Positions 51,568 to 62,048 of a stretch of 64,000 bases of DNA are shown here, one piece after another. The position numbers and the translations under genes were made by a program. Under the pieces are notes generated by a model. It was not told the origin of the DNA, did not search any database, and saw only the letters and a list, made by a program, of their open reading frames with translations. Source of the DNA: Selenomonadales bacterium (lineage in GTDB: Bacteria; Bacillota; UBA994); NCBI GenBank assembly GCA_018335585.1, contig JAGXRZ010000053.1, positions 25,189-89,188 on the forward strand, in the 5' to 3' direction. The stretch's first letter is position 1. Each line of letters starts with the position of its first letter.

Positions 51568-52401
51568 TTGACAAAAATAGTCGTAGACAGTGCGCTCAAC
51601 ATACCGACCGACCTACTTAGCAGATTCGGCATCGGCGTTGTGCCTGTCAGCCTCACCATTGACGGTAAGAGCTACCGCGAGGGAGTAGACGCAACGCGGG
51701 CAGAACTAATCTCGCTTATCGGCCGCTCCGACGCACTCTCGACTTCCCAGCCCTCACCGGGCGACTTCCTCGAAGTGTACGACCGGCTCGGCGGCGAGAT
51801 TGTCTCTCTGCACATCACGGCCAAGGCGAGTGGCACCTACCAGTCGGCGGTGATGGCCGCCGGCATGACCAAGGCCAAAGTCACCGTCGTCGACACTGCC
51901 AACGCCTCCATGGGTGGCGGATGGCAGGCCATAGCGGCTGCGCTGCTCGCGGAGAAAGGCGTCTCGGCAGCCGAAATCGCCGCCAAAGCAGAGGCAGCTA
52001 AAAGAGAGACCTCGACGTTCTTATCGGTGCCCACTATGAAGTATCTCTCGCGCAGCGGGCGGGTCGGCTTAGCCAAAGCCCTCTTGGCGTCACTTCTCTC
52101 CGTCAAGCCGATTATGACGTTTAACGACGGCGTCGTCGAGGTCGTGGCGCGCTCGCGCAGCATGACCGGCGCCTGCAAGGAAATGGCCGGCTTGCTTAAG
52201 GACAAGTATGGCGCAAAACCCGTGGCCGTGGCCGTAATGCACGCCGACGACGTGGCTCTCGCACAGCAGTTTCAGGAGCTCCTGGCTAAATCTCTAAATG
52301 TCAAACTGGCACTTACCACAGACCTTACTGCCTCGCTCGTGGTACACGGCGGCCCCGGCACCATCGCCACCTCCGTCATCCCCTTTGAGTACGTCGAGTA
52401 A
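51568..52401 (+). CDS. DegV family fatty-acid-binding protein
   Basis: IVVDS, TSQPSPG, SGTYQSA, YLxRSGR, HGGPG. Confidence 0.92.
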   Translation: MTKIVVDSALNIPTDLLSRFGIGVVPVSLTIDGKSYREGVDATRAELISLIGRSDALSTSQPSPGDFLEVYDRLGGEIVSLHITAKASGTYQSAVMAAGMTKAKVTVVDTANASMGGGWQAIAAALLAEKGVSAAEIAAKAEAAKRETSTFLSVPTMKYLSRSGRVGLAKALLASLLSVKPIMTFNDGVVEVVARSRSMTGACKEMAGLLKDKYGAKPVAVAVMHADDVALAQQFQELLAKSLNVKLALTTDLTASLVVHGGPGTIATSVIPFEYVE

Positions 52402-52441
52402 GAAGCAAAAGGGAAGCAAAAGGGACGGAGCTTTTTGCTTC
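52402..52441. repeat. 29-bp REP-like palindrome, copy 4 (inverted), preceded by an 11-bp partial duplication
   Basis: GAAGCAAAAGG + GAAGCAAAAGGGACGGAGCTTTTTGCTTC starting directly after the degV TAA. Confidence 0.93.
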
Positions 52442-52502
52442 ACAACCGGCTCCCAGCTCGAGGCAGCAGGAAGCTATCCTGCTGCTTTCTGTTTTTGAAG
52501 TC

Positions 52503-52595
52503 GCTTACCGCTCACCGCTTACCGCTAACCGCCCACGGCCCCCCACAAGCGACAAGCGACCGGCGTCCTGCGACATCGCCTTGCACAAGCGACAA
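52503..52595. repeat. Heptamer array: (GCTHACC)x4-5 and decaying (SACAAGC)n
   Basis: GCTTACC GCTCACC GCTTACC GCTAACC; CACAAGC GACAAGC is the reverse complement of the 3999-4047 block. Confidence 0.85.
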
Positions 52596-52638
52596 AAACG
52601 CCAAGCAATGTTACAATGTGTGTCGTAGAGGTGATCCG

Positions 52639-53511
52639 ATGATAGAAGCACTGTTTGCCTGTGTCTTGCGTGCTCACAGGACGATGCGCACACATCCGGT
52701 AGCAGTTTGGTTCCCAGCCCTCTTTAGCGTGGCTATGTTTGTCGTATTTCTCTTGATTGCGGTGGTACTAATCCTCCCTATTGTGCCCGATATTCTGACC
52801 CAACCTAACCCTGCCACCCTTGCCTCGCCTGCGGTTGTGCTCGCTCTATTTCCCCGCATTCTGCTCCTAATCGCACTAGCGGTGCCGTTAGTGCTAATCA
52901 CCGACGCAGGGACGCTGTACATACAGGCGCAAGCGGTGCGAGGACAGGATGTCGACACGAGTCACTTCTTCCTTGGCATGCGCAAGCTGTCTTGGCGGTT
53001 ACTTGCCGGTAGGGTCATCGAGTGGACGCTCTATTTGCTGCTCTCGGTCCCTCTGCTTGTGTCCGTAGTGCTGCGGGTCGTGAAGCTCATTGGGCCGGAA
53101 GGCCCTATGATGCTTGCGCCTGAAGAGCCAGTTTTCAGGGCGTTTATGGATTTTCTGCCCCTTGCCTTACTCACCGGCGCGATATATGTTGCCGTGGGCG
53201 TCTTGATGAGCATGTGGGCACGCGTGCTTGCCCTGCGGGAAGTGACTATGTTTCGCGCGCTTATCGCCGGCGCATCGTTTGCCCGCGCACATTTTTTCTC
53301 CATACTACTAGTCTTCATCGGCCAATGGGTATTGGCCTCCTTGCTGCAAAGGGTGCTTGGCGAAGGGGAGCTAGCAGGGATGATTGGGCTAGCCTTAGGC
53401 TATATCCTGCGCGTCTATGCTGGCATGACGCTTATGCACTTATATGAACTTCGTACTGCCGCCACACCGCAATCCGCCGCCGACGTGCAACCAATGGAAA
53501 ACGGAGGATAG
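52639..53511 (+). CDS. Hypothetical multi-pass membrane protein
   Basis: AGAGGTG RBS before ATG 52639, about 6 hydrophobic segments, coupled to metK. Confidence 0.75.
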   Translation: MIEALFACVLRAHRTMRTHPVAVWFPALFSVAMFVVFLLIAVVLILPIVPDILTQPNPATLASPAVVLALFPRILLLIALAVPLVLITDAGTLYIQAQAVRGQDVDTSHFFLGMRKLSWRLLAGRVIEWTLYLLLSVPLLVSVVLRVVKLIGPEGPMMLAPEEPVFRAFMDFLPLALLTGAIYVAVGVLMSMWARVLALREVTMFRALIAGASFARAHFFSILLVFIGQWVLASLLQRVLGEGELAGMIGLALGYILRVYAGMTLMHLYELRTAATPQSAADVQPMENGG

Positions 53512-53513
53512 AG

Positions 53514-54725
53514 ATGCGACACTTTTTTACCTCAGAGTCAGTGACAGAAGGGCACCCCGATAAAATCTGCGATCAAATTGCCGACGCCGTACTAGACGCC
53601 ATTCTCACGCAAGACAGCACCGCCCGCGTAGCGTGCGAAACGGCGGTCACTACCGGACTTGTCCTGGTCATGGGCGAGATATCCACTACCTGCTATGTGG
53701 ACATCCCGCGTATAGTGCGTGACACCGTGCGCGAAATCGGCTACACGCGGGCTAAGTATGGCTTTGACGCCGAGACGTGTGCAGTAATTACGTCCATCGA
53801 CGAGCAGTCGCCCGATATCGCCCAAGGCGTCAACCAGGCACTAGAGCAAAGGGAGGGTGGCGAGGCGCCCGACCAAGCCTCGAGCACCGGTGCCGGCGAC
53901 CAAGGCATGATGTTTGGCTATGCCTGTGCAGAGACGCCGGAATACATGCCTTTGCCCATTAGTCTGGCCCATAGCCTCGCACGCCGCCTGAGCGCCGTGC
54001 GCAAACAGCGCATTATCCCTTATCTCCGGCCCGATGGCAAAACTCAAGTCACCGTGGAATACGAGGGACATCGCCCCGTGCGGGTTGACACGGTTGTAGT
54101 CTCGGCGCAACACAAACCGGAGGTCACACTCCCGACCATTCGCGAGGACATCATTGCGCAGGTCGTGCGCCACTGCATCCCCGCGCACTTGCTCGACCAC
54201 AAGACAAAGTTCCTTATAAATCCAACGGGCCGATTTGTGGTGGGCGGGCCGCAGGGCGACAGCGGCCTCACCGGGCGCAAAATCATGGTCGACACTTACG
54301 GTGGTGCAGCACGCCACGGCGGCGGAGCGTTTTCCGGCAAAGACCCAACCAAAGTTGATCGCTCGGCGGCGTATGCGGCGCGCTATGTGACGAAAAACAT
54401 CGTAGCCGCAGGGTTAGCGGAGCGCTGTGAGTTGCAGGTCGCCTACGCCATTGGGGTGGCGAAGCCCGTCTCGATTATGGTCGATACCTTTGGCACGGGT
54501 GCAGTAAGCTCAGACAAGCTAGCCCAGATTGTAGGCCGCCATTTTGACTTACGTCCGGCAGCGATTATCGCGCACCTAGGCCTGAGGGCGCCAATCTATC
54601 GCCAAGTAGCGGCTTATGGCCACATGGGGCGCCCTGACCTTGACCTCCCCTGGGAGCGACTTGATAAGGTGGCGGAGTTAAGGCAGTATGTGGGTGCCCA
54701 GTGCCCAGTGCCCAGTGCTCAGTAG
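53514..54725 (+). CDS. metK: S-adenosylmethionine synthetase
   Basis: [35 protein letters not shown]; last ~10 codons come from a heptamer repeat. Confidence 0.97.
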   Translation: MRHFFTSESVTEGHPDKICDQIADAVLDAILTQDSTARVACETAVTTGLVLVMGEISTTCYVDIPRIVRDTVREIGYTRAKYGFDAETCAVITSIDEQSPDIAQGVNQALEQREGGEAPDQASSTGAGDQGMMFGYACAETPEYMPLPISLAHSLARRLSAVRKQRIIPYLRPDGKTQVTVEYEGHRPVRVDTVVVSAQHKPEVTLPTIREDIIAQVVRHCIPAHLLDHKTKFLINPTGRFVVGGPQGDSGLTGRKIMVDTYGGAARHGGGAFSGKDPTKVDRSAAYAARYVTKNIVAAGLAERCELQVAYAIGVAKPVSIMVDTFGTGAVSSDKLAQIVGRHFDLRPAAIIAHLGLRAPIYRQVAAYGHMGRPDLDLPWERLDKVAELRQYVGAQCPVPSAQ

Positions 54726-54900
54726 AACGGGGGACTCTTGGCTCCTGGCTCCTGGTAGAGGGAGTGCTTAGCGGTTAAAGCGTACGGCTTACAGCGTACA
54801 GCTTACAGCCATCAGCGGACAGCCACTCCGCAGTGGCAGTTCATGATTCACGATTCCTGATTCATGATTGCTCAATGCTCACCGCTCACCGCTCAAAGCT
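54694..54900. repeat. Modular heptamer array: (GTGCYCA)x4, (TGGCTCC)x2, (GCKTACA-like)n, (TTCMYGA)x4, (GCTCAMN)x4
   Basis: Blocks at 54694, 54739, 54766-54828, 54840, 54870. Confidence 0.95.
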
Positions 54901-54901
54901 A

Positions 54902-54935
54902 AAAAGGTGGAGAGGCCAAAGCCTTTCCACCTTTT
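54902..54935. terminator. Bidirectional terminator between metK and nhaC
   Basis: AAAAGGTGGAGAGGC-CAAA-GCCTTTCCACCTTTT. Confidence 0.8.
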
Positions 54936-54954
54936 CATTTAACCAGATTCCAAA

Positions 54955-56346
54955 CTATTCGTCCTTGAGCTTAGCCATGGAGAACCCGGTGTAGCCGTAG
55001 ATGACATTAATTACTGGCACAAGCAGGTTGAAGAAGGCAAAGGGGAGGTACGCCGCAGGAGCAACGCCTAGTGTCGCCGCCATAAACGCGCCGCACGTGT
55101 TCCATGGAATCAGGGCCGAAGTCACGGTGCCGGCTCCCTCAAGGGCACGCGACAAGTTCTTTGGCGCTAGGTCGCGCTTTGCATATTCTTCCTTAAACAG
55201 GCGACCGGGCAGTACGATGGCGAGGTACTGGTCGGCAGCGAGAATGTTGGTGCCGATGCAAGCCAGCACGGTGCTCAGCACGAGCGAGCCGGTGCTCTTA
55301 GCTGCGGCAAAGACCTTCTTGCCGACAGCCTCTAACATGCCCGTCTTCTCTAGCACGCCGCCGAAAACTAAGGCGCAGACGATCAGTGATACCGTAAACA
55401 TCATGCCGTCGAGTCCGCCACGGTTAAGCAGCCGGTCTACCGCGGCAACGCCTGATTCAATCTCAAAGCCGAAGTGGGCCGATCCGATGATGTCGCCAAT
55501 GGAAGCGCCCTGGAACAAGGCCGCGAAGATGGCACCGACTACCGAGCCGGCGATTAACCCCGGCAGAGCGGGAATCTTCATCGCGATTAGGCCAATAACC
55601 ACCAGTGGCGGTATCAACAGCCAAGGTGAAATAGCGAAGTTGTCGCGGAGGGCGTTAAGAATAACGTTGATGCGCTCGGCGTCTAGTGTGCGCCCAGCGA
55701 ACTTCATACCCAGTACGCCGTAAAGTATCGCAGAAATAGCAAAAGCTGGGAGGGTGGTGTAGAGCATATGCTTGACATGAGCGAACAGAGAGCTGCCGGA
55801 AACAGCGGGAGAAAGGTTCGTCGTATCAGACAGAGGGGAAAGCTTGTCGCCAAAGTATGCGCCCGACACAACGGCGCCTGCCACCATACCGGCGGGGACA
55901 TCAAGGCCGATGCCGATACCGGTAAGCGCAATACCTACCGTGCCGGCTGTACCCCAAGAGGTACCTGTCGCTAACGAGACGACGCAGCAAATGAAGAACG
56001 TAGCAACTAGGAATATACTAGGAGACAGAATCTGCAGGCCGTAGTAAATCATCGCGGGAATCGTTCCGCTTAGAATCCATAGGCCGATTAGCGTACCGAC
56101 TACCATCAGGATAAGGATAGCCTGTAACGTGGCGGTGAGCGTAGCGCGCATGCCGTCCTCTAGTTCTCCCCAAGGTATGCCGAGCATTGTTATAGCGACA
56201 ATGGAGGCTACGATAGTTCCGAAAATAAGCGGGATGTGTGGGTAGGCTTCGTGCACGAGCACAGCATAGGATAGAGCGGCAACCGTCACAACAATAGGAA
56301 TAAGAGCATGGAGAATCGTTGCTTCTTTACGTTGCTTCGCGATCAC
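54955..56346 (-). CDS. nhaC: Na+/H+ antiporter NhaC family
   Basis: GTSWGTAGTVG, GAYFGDKLSPLSDTT, LIPWNTCG. Confidence 0.93.
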   Translation of the reverse strand: MIAKQRKEATILHALIPIVVTVAALSYAVLVHEAYPHIPLIFGTIVASIVAITMLGIPWGELEDGMRATLTATLQAILILMVVGTLIGLWILSGTIPAMIYYGLQILSPSIFLVATFFICCVVSLATGTSWGTAGTVGIALTGIGIGLDVPAGMVAGAVVSGAYFGDKLSPLSDTTNLSPAVSGSSLFAHVKHMLYTTLPAFAISAILYGVLGMKFAGRTLDAERINVILNALRDNFAISPWLLIPPLVVIGLIAMKIPALPGLIAGSVVGAIFAALFQGASIGDIIGSAHFGFEIESGVAAVDRLLNRGGLDGMMFTVSLIVCALVFGGVLEKTGMLEAVGKKVFAAAKSTGSLVLSTVLACIGTNILAADQYLAIVLPGRLFKEEYAKRDLAPKNLSRALEGAGTVTSALIPWNTCGAFMAATLGVAPAAYLPFAFFNLLVPVINVIYGYTGFSMAKLKDE

Positions 56347-56529
56347 TGATTTCCCTCCTTATAATTTTTCACTGAGCGCCTCAATCTCTTTCTATATTGC
56401 GGCCTCCCTCACCTTCTCAAAAAAAATGAATTGTACAATAAAATTTTAACTTGGCGGCCTCAATTAAGCAAGAGACAGATTTAGGATGAGCACTGAGCAC
56501 TACTCCACTGCATACCATAGTGCAAGGGG

Positions 56530-56892
56530 GTGGGGCGCGTGCTCTGGATACTCGTCTTCGTGTTGGCGACAATCCTCTGCGCGCTTTGCGCGGCGAGACA
56601 GACCCGCATAGATGAGCCGCATGCATTAGGTCTAGACTTCGGGGATTCGCCTGAGCTGGTGGAGTATACGCTGCGGGCTATCGCCAAGCGAGCGGAACGT
56701 GAGGGCATCTGCAATCTAAACATCTATCTCGAGGCCCGCGACGAGGAGTGTAAGCGCATTGCCGCGCGCTTGTGTGAGTATATTCCGCTATACTTACACC
56801 TTGGAGCGCATACTGCTGTTCCGGCGGTGCAAGTCGCAGCCTTTGCAGGTGTTAACATGGTGCAGAAAATGAGTTTTAAGTCATTGGTCTAG
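56530..56892 (+). CDS. Hypothetical protein with N-terminal TM/signal segment
   Basis: 120-aa ORF fills the gap; weak RBS. Confidence 0.45.
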   Translation: MGRVLWILVFVLATILCALCAARQTRIDEPHALGLDFGDSPELVEYTLRAIAKRAEREGICNLNIYLEARDEECKRIAARLCEYIPLYLHLGAHTAVPAVQVAAFAGVNMVQKMSFKSLV

Positions 56893-56964
56893 TGAAAGCC
56901 GCTCGGTGCAGGAGATGCGCCTGACTTGTCAAATATAGCGGGTGAGATAAGGTGAGGTGAGCGC

Positions 56965-59130
56965 GTGCTGCAGCTAAAAGGAACTATTGAGCGTGTGGTC
57001 TTCTATAATCCAGCCAATCACTACAGTGTACTGCGCTTTAAGCTGCGCGATAACCAGATTGTTACGGTCGTAGGGCTTATCCCGGGCGCAGCTGTGGGCA
57101 AGGAGCTGGAGCTAACAGGGGAGTACACCTCGCACCCGCAGTACGGCAAGCAGTTTTCGGCCACCGCGTACGTCGAGCGTGCGCCGCTAGAGGCAGTAGG
57201 CATAGAGAAGTATCTGGGCTCGGGGCTTGTCCCCGGCATCGGCCCGGGCACGGCCAAGCGGCTTGTCGCCCATTTTGGGGCCGATACTCTGCGCGTCCTT
57301 GAGCACTCGCCGGAGCGCTTACAAGAAGTGCCCGGACTAGGCGCCTCCAAACGCGCCAAGCTGCTTAACGGTTTGGCAGGGCAGCGGGAAGTGCAAAAGG
57401 TAATGGTCTTTCTGCAGGGGCACGGCATTACCCCGGCCTACGCCAGCCGTATCTACCGCGAGTACGGTGCCGAAACCGAAGCCGCCATCCGCAAAAATCC
57501 TTATCGCTTGGCGGACGACGTGTTTGGCATCGGCTTTCGCACGGCGGACAAGCTAGCGCGCGAATTAGGTTTCCTACCGGAGGAGCCGCGGCGCTTAGCG
57601 GCCGGCATCCGCTTTGTCTTGCGCGAGGCGGAAAACAGCGGCCACTGCTACCTACCCCTCGGCGTGCTAGAAAAAGACGCCGCAGCGGCGCTCGAGGTGC
57701 CGCCGGAGCTAATCGCCCCCATAGTAGAGAACCTTGTGCAGGGCAAACACCTCGTGCGCGCCGTTCAGGGAGAGGAAACCCGCATCTACCGTGTTCCCGT
57801 CTACGCCGCCGAAGTCGCAGTCGCCGGTAAACTGCGCGATTTAAGCCGCCTGCCGGTGCCTTTTCTAAGCGAAAGCCTCGCGGCAGAGCTGCAGGCCTTT
57901 ACCGCGCGCTACGGCATTGCCTTAGTCGAAGCGCAGCGCCAAGCTATAGCCACCGCGCTTAGTCACGGCGTCACGGTCATTACGGGCGGCCCGGGTACGG
58001 GAAAGACGACGCTTGTTAAGGCTCTCGTGCACATTTGCGAGGCGCGGCAGTGGTCGGTATACTTAGCTGCGCCTACCGGCAGGGCCGCCAAACGCCTGCA
58101 GGAGGCCACCGGGCAGGAAGCTAAGACGGTGCATCGCCTGTTGGAATACACGCCGCAACAGCAACACTTTCACTTTGCCCGTAACGAGGAGAATCCCCTC
58201 CGCTGCGACATGTTAGTGCTCGACGAATCGTCCATGATGGACCTGTCGCTGATGTACCACCTGTTGCGGGCCGTCCCCCTAGGTTGCCGCCTCGTCCTCG
58301 TAGGCGACGTCGATCAACTCCCCCCCGTAGGCGCAGGTAACGTCCTGCGCGATATTATCAGCTCGGGCCTCTTGCCGCTCGTACGCCTCGAAGTCATTTT
58401 TCGCCAAGCCAAAGAGAGTCTAATTATTTCTAACGCACACCGCATCAATCGCGGCGAGTTTCCTTATCTGGCCACCAACAGGCGCGACTTTTTGTTCCTG
58501 GCGGAGGATGACCCCGAGCGAGTCGTAGCTTGTGTCTTAGAGGTAGTGCAGCAGCGCCTCCCCAAGCTATACCGCTATCACCCCATCCAAGACATACAGG
58601 TGTTAACGCCGATGCGCCGCACCGCTACCGGCGTGGACAACCTAAATCTCCTATTGCAGCGGGCACTTAACCCGCCCTCTCCCAGTAAGGCTGAAGTACA
58701 GACGCCCGGCACCGTGCTTCGCTTAGGCGATAAAGTTATGCAAATTCGCAACAACTACACGCGTTTCGTTTATAATGGAGATGTAGGAACTATTGTCGCT
58801 ATCGACGGCGAAGATGGCGAGCTGACCGTAGCCTACCCTGAGCGCAACGTCGTCTATGAGCTGACCGAGCTGTCGGAGCTGACGCTAGCCTATGCCTCGA
58901 CAGTGCACAAGAGCCAAGGCAGCGAGTACCGAGCCGTAGTACTGCCCTTTACCACCCAGCACTATGTGATGCTACAGCGTAACCTCCTCTACACCGCCAT
59001 TACACGCGCACGCGAAATGGTAGTTATAGTGGGCAGCAAAAGAGCAGTAGCGATTGCTGTTAAGAACAACAAGCTAGAACAGCGGTACACCGGCCTGGCT
59101 ACGCTCCTCACACAGGGATGGCTGCTCTAA
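56965..59130 (+). CDS. recD2: ATP-dependent RecD2 helicase
   Basis: GIGPGTA HhH, NPYRL, TGGPGTGKT, DESSM, YASTVHKSQGSEY. Confidence 0.94.
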   Translation: MLQLKGTIERVVFYNPANHYSVLRFKLRDNQIVTVVGLIPGAAVGKELELTGEYTSHPQYGKQFSATAYVERAPLEAVGIEKYLGSGLVPGIGPGTAKRLVAHFGADTLRVLEHSPERLQEVPGLGASKRAKLLNGLAGQREVQKVMVFLQGHGITPAYASRIYREYGAETEAAIRKNPYRLADDVFGIGFRTADKLARELGFLPEEPRRLAAGIRFVLREAENSGHCYLPLGVLEKDAAAALEVPPELIAPIVENLVQGKHLVRAVQGEETRIYRVPVYAAEVAVAGKLRDLSRLPVPFLSESLAAELQAFTARYGIALVEAQRQAIATALSHGVTVITGGPGTGKTTLVKALVHICEARQWSVYLAAPTGRAAKRLQEATGQEAKTVHRLLEYTPQQQHFHFARNEENPLRCDMLVLDESSMMDLSLMYHLLRAVPLGCRLVLVGDVDQLPPVGAGNVLRDIISSGLLPLVRLEVIFRQAKESLIISNAHRINRGEFPYLATNRRDFLFLAEDDPERVVACVLEVVQQRLPKLYRYHPIQDIQVLTPMRRTATGVDNLNLLLQRALNPPSPSKAEVQTPGTVLRLGDKVMQIRNNYTRFVYNGDVGTIVAIDGEDGELTVAYPERNVVYELTELSELTLAYASTVHKSQGSEYRAVVLPFTTQHYVMLQRNLLYTAITRAREMVVIVGSKRAVAIAVKNNKLEQRYTGLATLLTQGWLL

Positions 59131-59780
59131 TGCAGTGGCTACTTGAGCTCGTGTTCCCCCCGCGCGCGCGGTGTGCTATCTGTAGCGAGCCGAGTGAAGA
59201 AGAAATCTGCGCCTTCTGTACGGCCGATATCGCAGCATTTAGGCGCCTCTGTAGCACAGGTCGCATCGCCTTTCCAGGCAATGTCAAAATCGCCGCACTC
59301 TTGCCGTATGAGGGGCGCGTGCGAAAAACAATCCATCGGCTTAAGTTCGCCAACAAACCGGCCATAGCGCGCTCTTTGGCACGAGCTTTTGCGGCAGCCG
59401 CGGTATTACCTAGCACAGGCATCGACCTGGTCACGGCCGTGCCTATGCATAGAGCGAGATACCTAGAGAGAGGCTACAACCAGGCAGAGCTGTTAGCCAA
59501 AGAACTAGCCGCACTGCAGAACTTGCCGTTTAAGCAGGTGCTCGCGCGCACGCGCGCCACGCCGCCGCAGAACACATTAGGACGCAAAGCGCGCGCCACG
59601 AACGTAGCGGGAGCCTTTGCGGCAAAGGAAGACTTGACCGATCGCGGCATTCTGTTAGTTGACGATGTGTGTACTACCGGAAATACGGTACTAGCCTGCA
59701 GAGAAGCCCTTTATAAGGCAAACGCACGGGACGTAGTTATCGCAGCTGTAGCAATATCCCTAGCTCCGGGCCAAGGGTAA
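59118..59780 (+). CDS. comFC: ComFC/ComF phosphoribosyltransferase-like competence protein
   Basis: CxxC zinc finger, RGYNQAE, LLVDDVCTTGNT. Confidence 0.88.
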   Translation: MAALMQWLLELVFPPRARCAICSEPSEEEICAFCTADIAAFRRLCSTGRIAFPGNVKIAALLPYEGRVRKTIHRLKFANKPAIARSLARAFAAAAVLPSTGIDLVTAVPMHRARYLERGYNQAELLAKELAALQNLPFKQVLARTRATPPQNTLGRKARATNVAGAFAAKEDLTDRGILLVDDVCTTGNTVLACREALYKANARDVVIAAVAISLAPGQG

Positions 59781-59823
59781 GCAACGCTGCTAACGATTCA
59801 AAGCATATTGGGAGGTTACAGTC

Positions 59824-60027
59824 ATGAAGCAGCAGGGGAAAGTTAAGTGGTTTAATCAGCAGAAGGGGTTTGGGTTCATTACTACTAACGCGGGGCAGGA
59901 CGTGTTCGTCCACTTCTCGGCAATCGTGGGCGAGGGCTTTAAGTCACTCGAAGACGGCCAAGATGTGGAGTTCGAGGTCGTAGACGGACCGCGCGGTCCT
60001 CAGGCAACTAACGTCGCCAAGAAATAA
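59824..60027 (+). CDS. Cold-shock protein
   Basis: [22 protein letters not shown]. Confidence 0.96.
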   Translation: MKQQGKVKWFNQQKGFGFITTNAGQDVFVHFSAIVGEGFKSLEDGQDVEFEVVDGPRGPQATNVAKK

Positions 60028-60030
60028 ACT

Positions 60031-60062
60031 AGGGGCCGAATGCGGCCTCTCTTCTCTTTTTT
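60031..60062 (+). terminator. Terminator after the csp gene
   Basis: AGGGGCCG-AATG-CGGCCTCT followed by a T-rich tract. Confidence 0.6.
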
Positions 60063-60090
60063 GCAGGAGTCTTTATCCAAGGTAGCGAAT
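60063..60090 (+). promoter_or_regulatory. SigH promoter of hpf
   Basis: GCAGGA-N16-GCGAAT; hpf/yvyD is SigH-controlled in Bacillus subtilis. Confidence 0.65.
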
Positions 60091-60171
60091 ACACCTAAAC
60101 AAAGCTAGGGAGTGTGAACGAGTTCCACGCGAATCGCGCACTTCGTAAGCTGAGAAGGAGGAGTACAGCGT

Positions 60172-60687
60172 ATGCAAGTTAGCGTCAGAGGTAAGAACGT
60201 CGAGGTCACTGATGCACTACGCGACTACGTCTTCAAGAAGGTAAAAAAACTGGACAGGTATTTTGAGGGGGCGGGTGAAACCTACGCTACACTAAGCCTA
60301 GAAAAAGACCAACACCGGGTAGAAGTCACGATTGGGTTTAACGGGCTGCTACTGCGCGGCGAAGAACAAAGCGCGGACATGTACGCCTCAATCGACCTCG
60401 TGGTCGAAAAGCTTGAGAAACAGGTCGACAAGTACCGCACAAAAATTGCCCGCCGTCTGCGCACAGGGGGCAGTCCGCTCCCGGTGACCGAAGAGACGCA
60501 AGATGCGCCGAAGGTCGTGCGCAACAAGCGGTTCCCCATGAAACCTATGCATGTCGACGAGGCCATTCTGCAGATGAACCTGCTCGGGCACGATTTCTAT
60601 GTCTTCACTAACGCCGAAAGTGAGCTGGTAAACGTAGTCTACCGGCGCCGCGACGGCAACTTTGGGCTAATCGAACCACAGGTATAG
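60172..60687 (+). CDS. hpf: Ribosome hibernation promoting factor (long HPF)
   Basis: RGKNVEVTDALRDY, DMYASID, KPMxVDEAILQMNLLGHDF. Confidence 0.95.
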   Translation: MQVSVRGKNVEVTDALRDYVFKKVKKLDRYFEGAGETYATLSLEKDQHRVEVTIGFNGLLLRGEEQSADMYASIDLVVEKLEKQVDKYRTKIARRLRTGGSPLPVTEETQDAPKVVRNKRFPMKPMHVDEAILQMNLLGHDFYVFTNAESELVNVVYRRRDGNFGLIEPQV

Positions 60688-60692
60688 AGCGG

Positions 60693-62048
60693 ATGCTCGA
60701 CGTTCTGCTGGTTAAACTTAACTACGAGGCTGTGCTCTCGGTGGACCGCGAGTTTGACCTTGGCACGGCCTACCTTGCCGCCGCATTGCGGCGGCAAGGC
60801 TATGCAGTAGAGATAATTGACGCCTCGCTCGAAGAGCTGTCCTTTGACGAAACCGTGTCCCGCATCCTCGGCAAACCGGCGGCTATCATCGGCCTCAGCG
60901 TCTGGCTGCATCGCCTAGTAGCCGCGAGCGAGCGCCTTATTGCGGAGCTTAGGCAGCGCGGCGTAAGCAGCCACATCACCGTCGGGAGTCACTCCCCGAC
61001 GTTTCTCTATGCCGAACTACTGGAGCACAATCCTGGGCTCGACTCTGTAGTGTGTGGCGAGGGCGAGTGGACGTTGCAGGAGCTAACCGAGCGCGTCTGC
61101 CACAATAAACCCTGGCACGACATTCCCGGTTTAGCCGTGCGCACTGACGGCAGAGTAGTTCTTAAAGTGCGGCCGGCTGTATGCGAGCTTGACGAGTTAG
61201 CGCCGCCTGCGCTCGACTATCTTCCCCACATTAAGCAGCGCGGGCAGTTTATGTCTATACTTACGAGTCGCGGCTGCTACGGCAAGTGCACGTTCTGTAG
61301 CACCAGTCCCTTTTACCGTGCCGGGGGAGGGAAGCCTTGGCGTGCCCATAGCCCCGAGCGTGTCCTAAGCGAAATTGCGGCCCTGTACAGAGAAGGCATA
61401 AGGCACTTCGGCTGGCGCGACGACAACTTTATCGGGCCGGGGCGGGTAGGGCGGGAACGCGCGCGAAGGATTGCCGAGCTCATCATAGAACACAAGCTTC
61501 GGCTCTCATTCTACATGGCTTGTCGCGTAGACGACGTGGAGCGCGAGCTTTTTGCCCTGCTTAAACAAGCCGGACTAAAGCGCGTGTTTCTCGGTGTAGA
61601 GTCGCTCTCCCCGCGACGCCTAGCCGCCTTTAATAAGCTGGCGACGGTAGAAGACAACGAAAAAGCCATGCGCATCCTCGGGGAACTGCAGATACCTTAT
61701 ACCTTGGGTTACATAATGCTGTCGCCGGACACCACTTGGGCAGAATACCGCGAAAGCAGCACGCGCTTAGCAGAGGTGCAGCGCAGCATACCCGGCGCGG
61801 CCGACGCTCTGCAGGACGCCTACAGCGCGGTGGAAATATTGCCGGGGACGGCTATTGCCAGAGAACTGCGCGAGAATAAGCGCCTGTCTGGAGACCACCG
61901 GGCGTACCGCTATCGGTTCGAGGACCCGCGCGTAGCGTTGTTGCACGGCGCGGTCACGACTTTGCGCGCTCTGACGCGGCCGTTAGCGCGAAAAATCGCG
62001 GCAGCGGTACGCGAGGACCGCCGCCGGGAGTTAAGGAGTGAGGATTAA
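60693..62048 (+). CDS. Cobalamin-binding radical SAM protein
   Basis: N-terminal B12-binding domain (LGTAYLAA, GEGE), SRGCYGKCTFC, DDNF, LGVES. Confidence 0.9.
   Translation: MLDVLLVKLNYEAVLSVDREFDLGTAYLAAALRRQGYAVEIIDASLEELSFDETVSRILGKPAAIIGLSVWLHRLVAASERLIAELRQRGVSSHITVGSHSPTFLYAELLEHNPGLDSVVCGEGEWTLQELTERVCHNKPWHDIPGLAVRTDGRVVLKVRPAVCELDELAPPALDYLPHIKQRGQFMSILTSRGCYGKCTFCSTSPFYRAGGGKPWRAHSPERVLSEIAALYREGIRHFGWRDDNFIGPGRVGRERARRIAELIIEHKLRLSFYMACRVDDVERELFALLKQAGLKRVFLGVESLSPRRLAAFNKLATVEDNEKAMRILGELQIPYTLGYIMLSPDTTWAEYRESSTRLAEVQRSIPGAADALQDAYSAVEILPGTAIARELRENKRLSGDHRAYRYRFEDPRVALLHGAVTTLRALTRPLARKIAAAVREDRRRELRSED

Noticed and set aside
53440..53514. SAM riboswitch upstream of metK
   Set aside because: metK starts 2 nt after the upstream CDS; no room and no S-box motif seen
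56487..56501. TGAGCAC x2, reverse complement of the GTGCTCA module
   Set aside because: Only two units; could be chance
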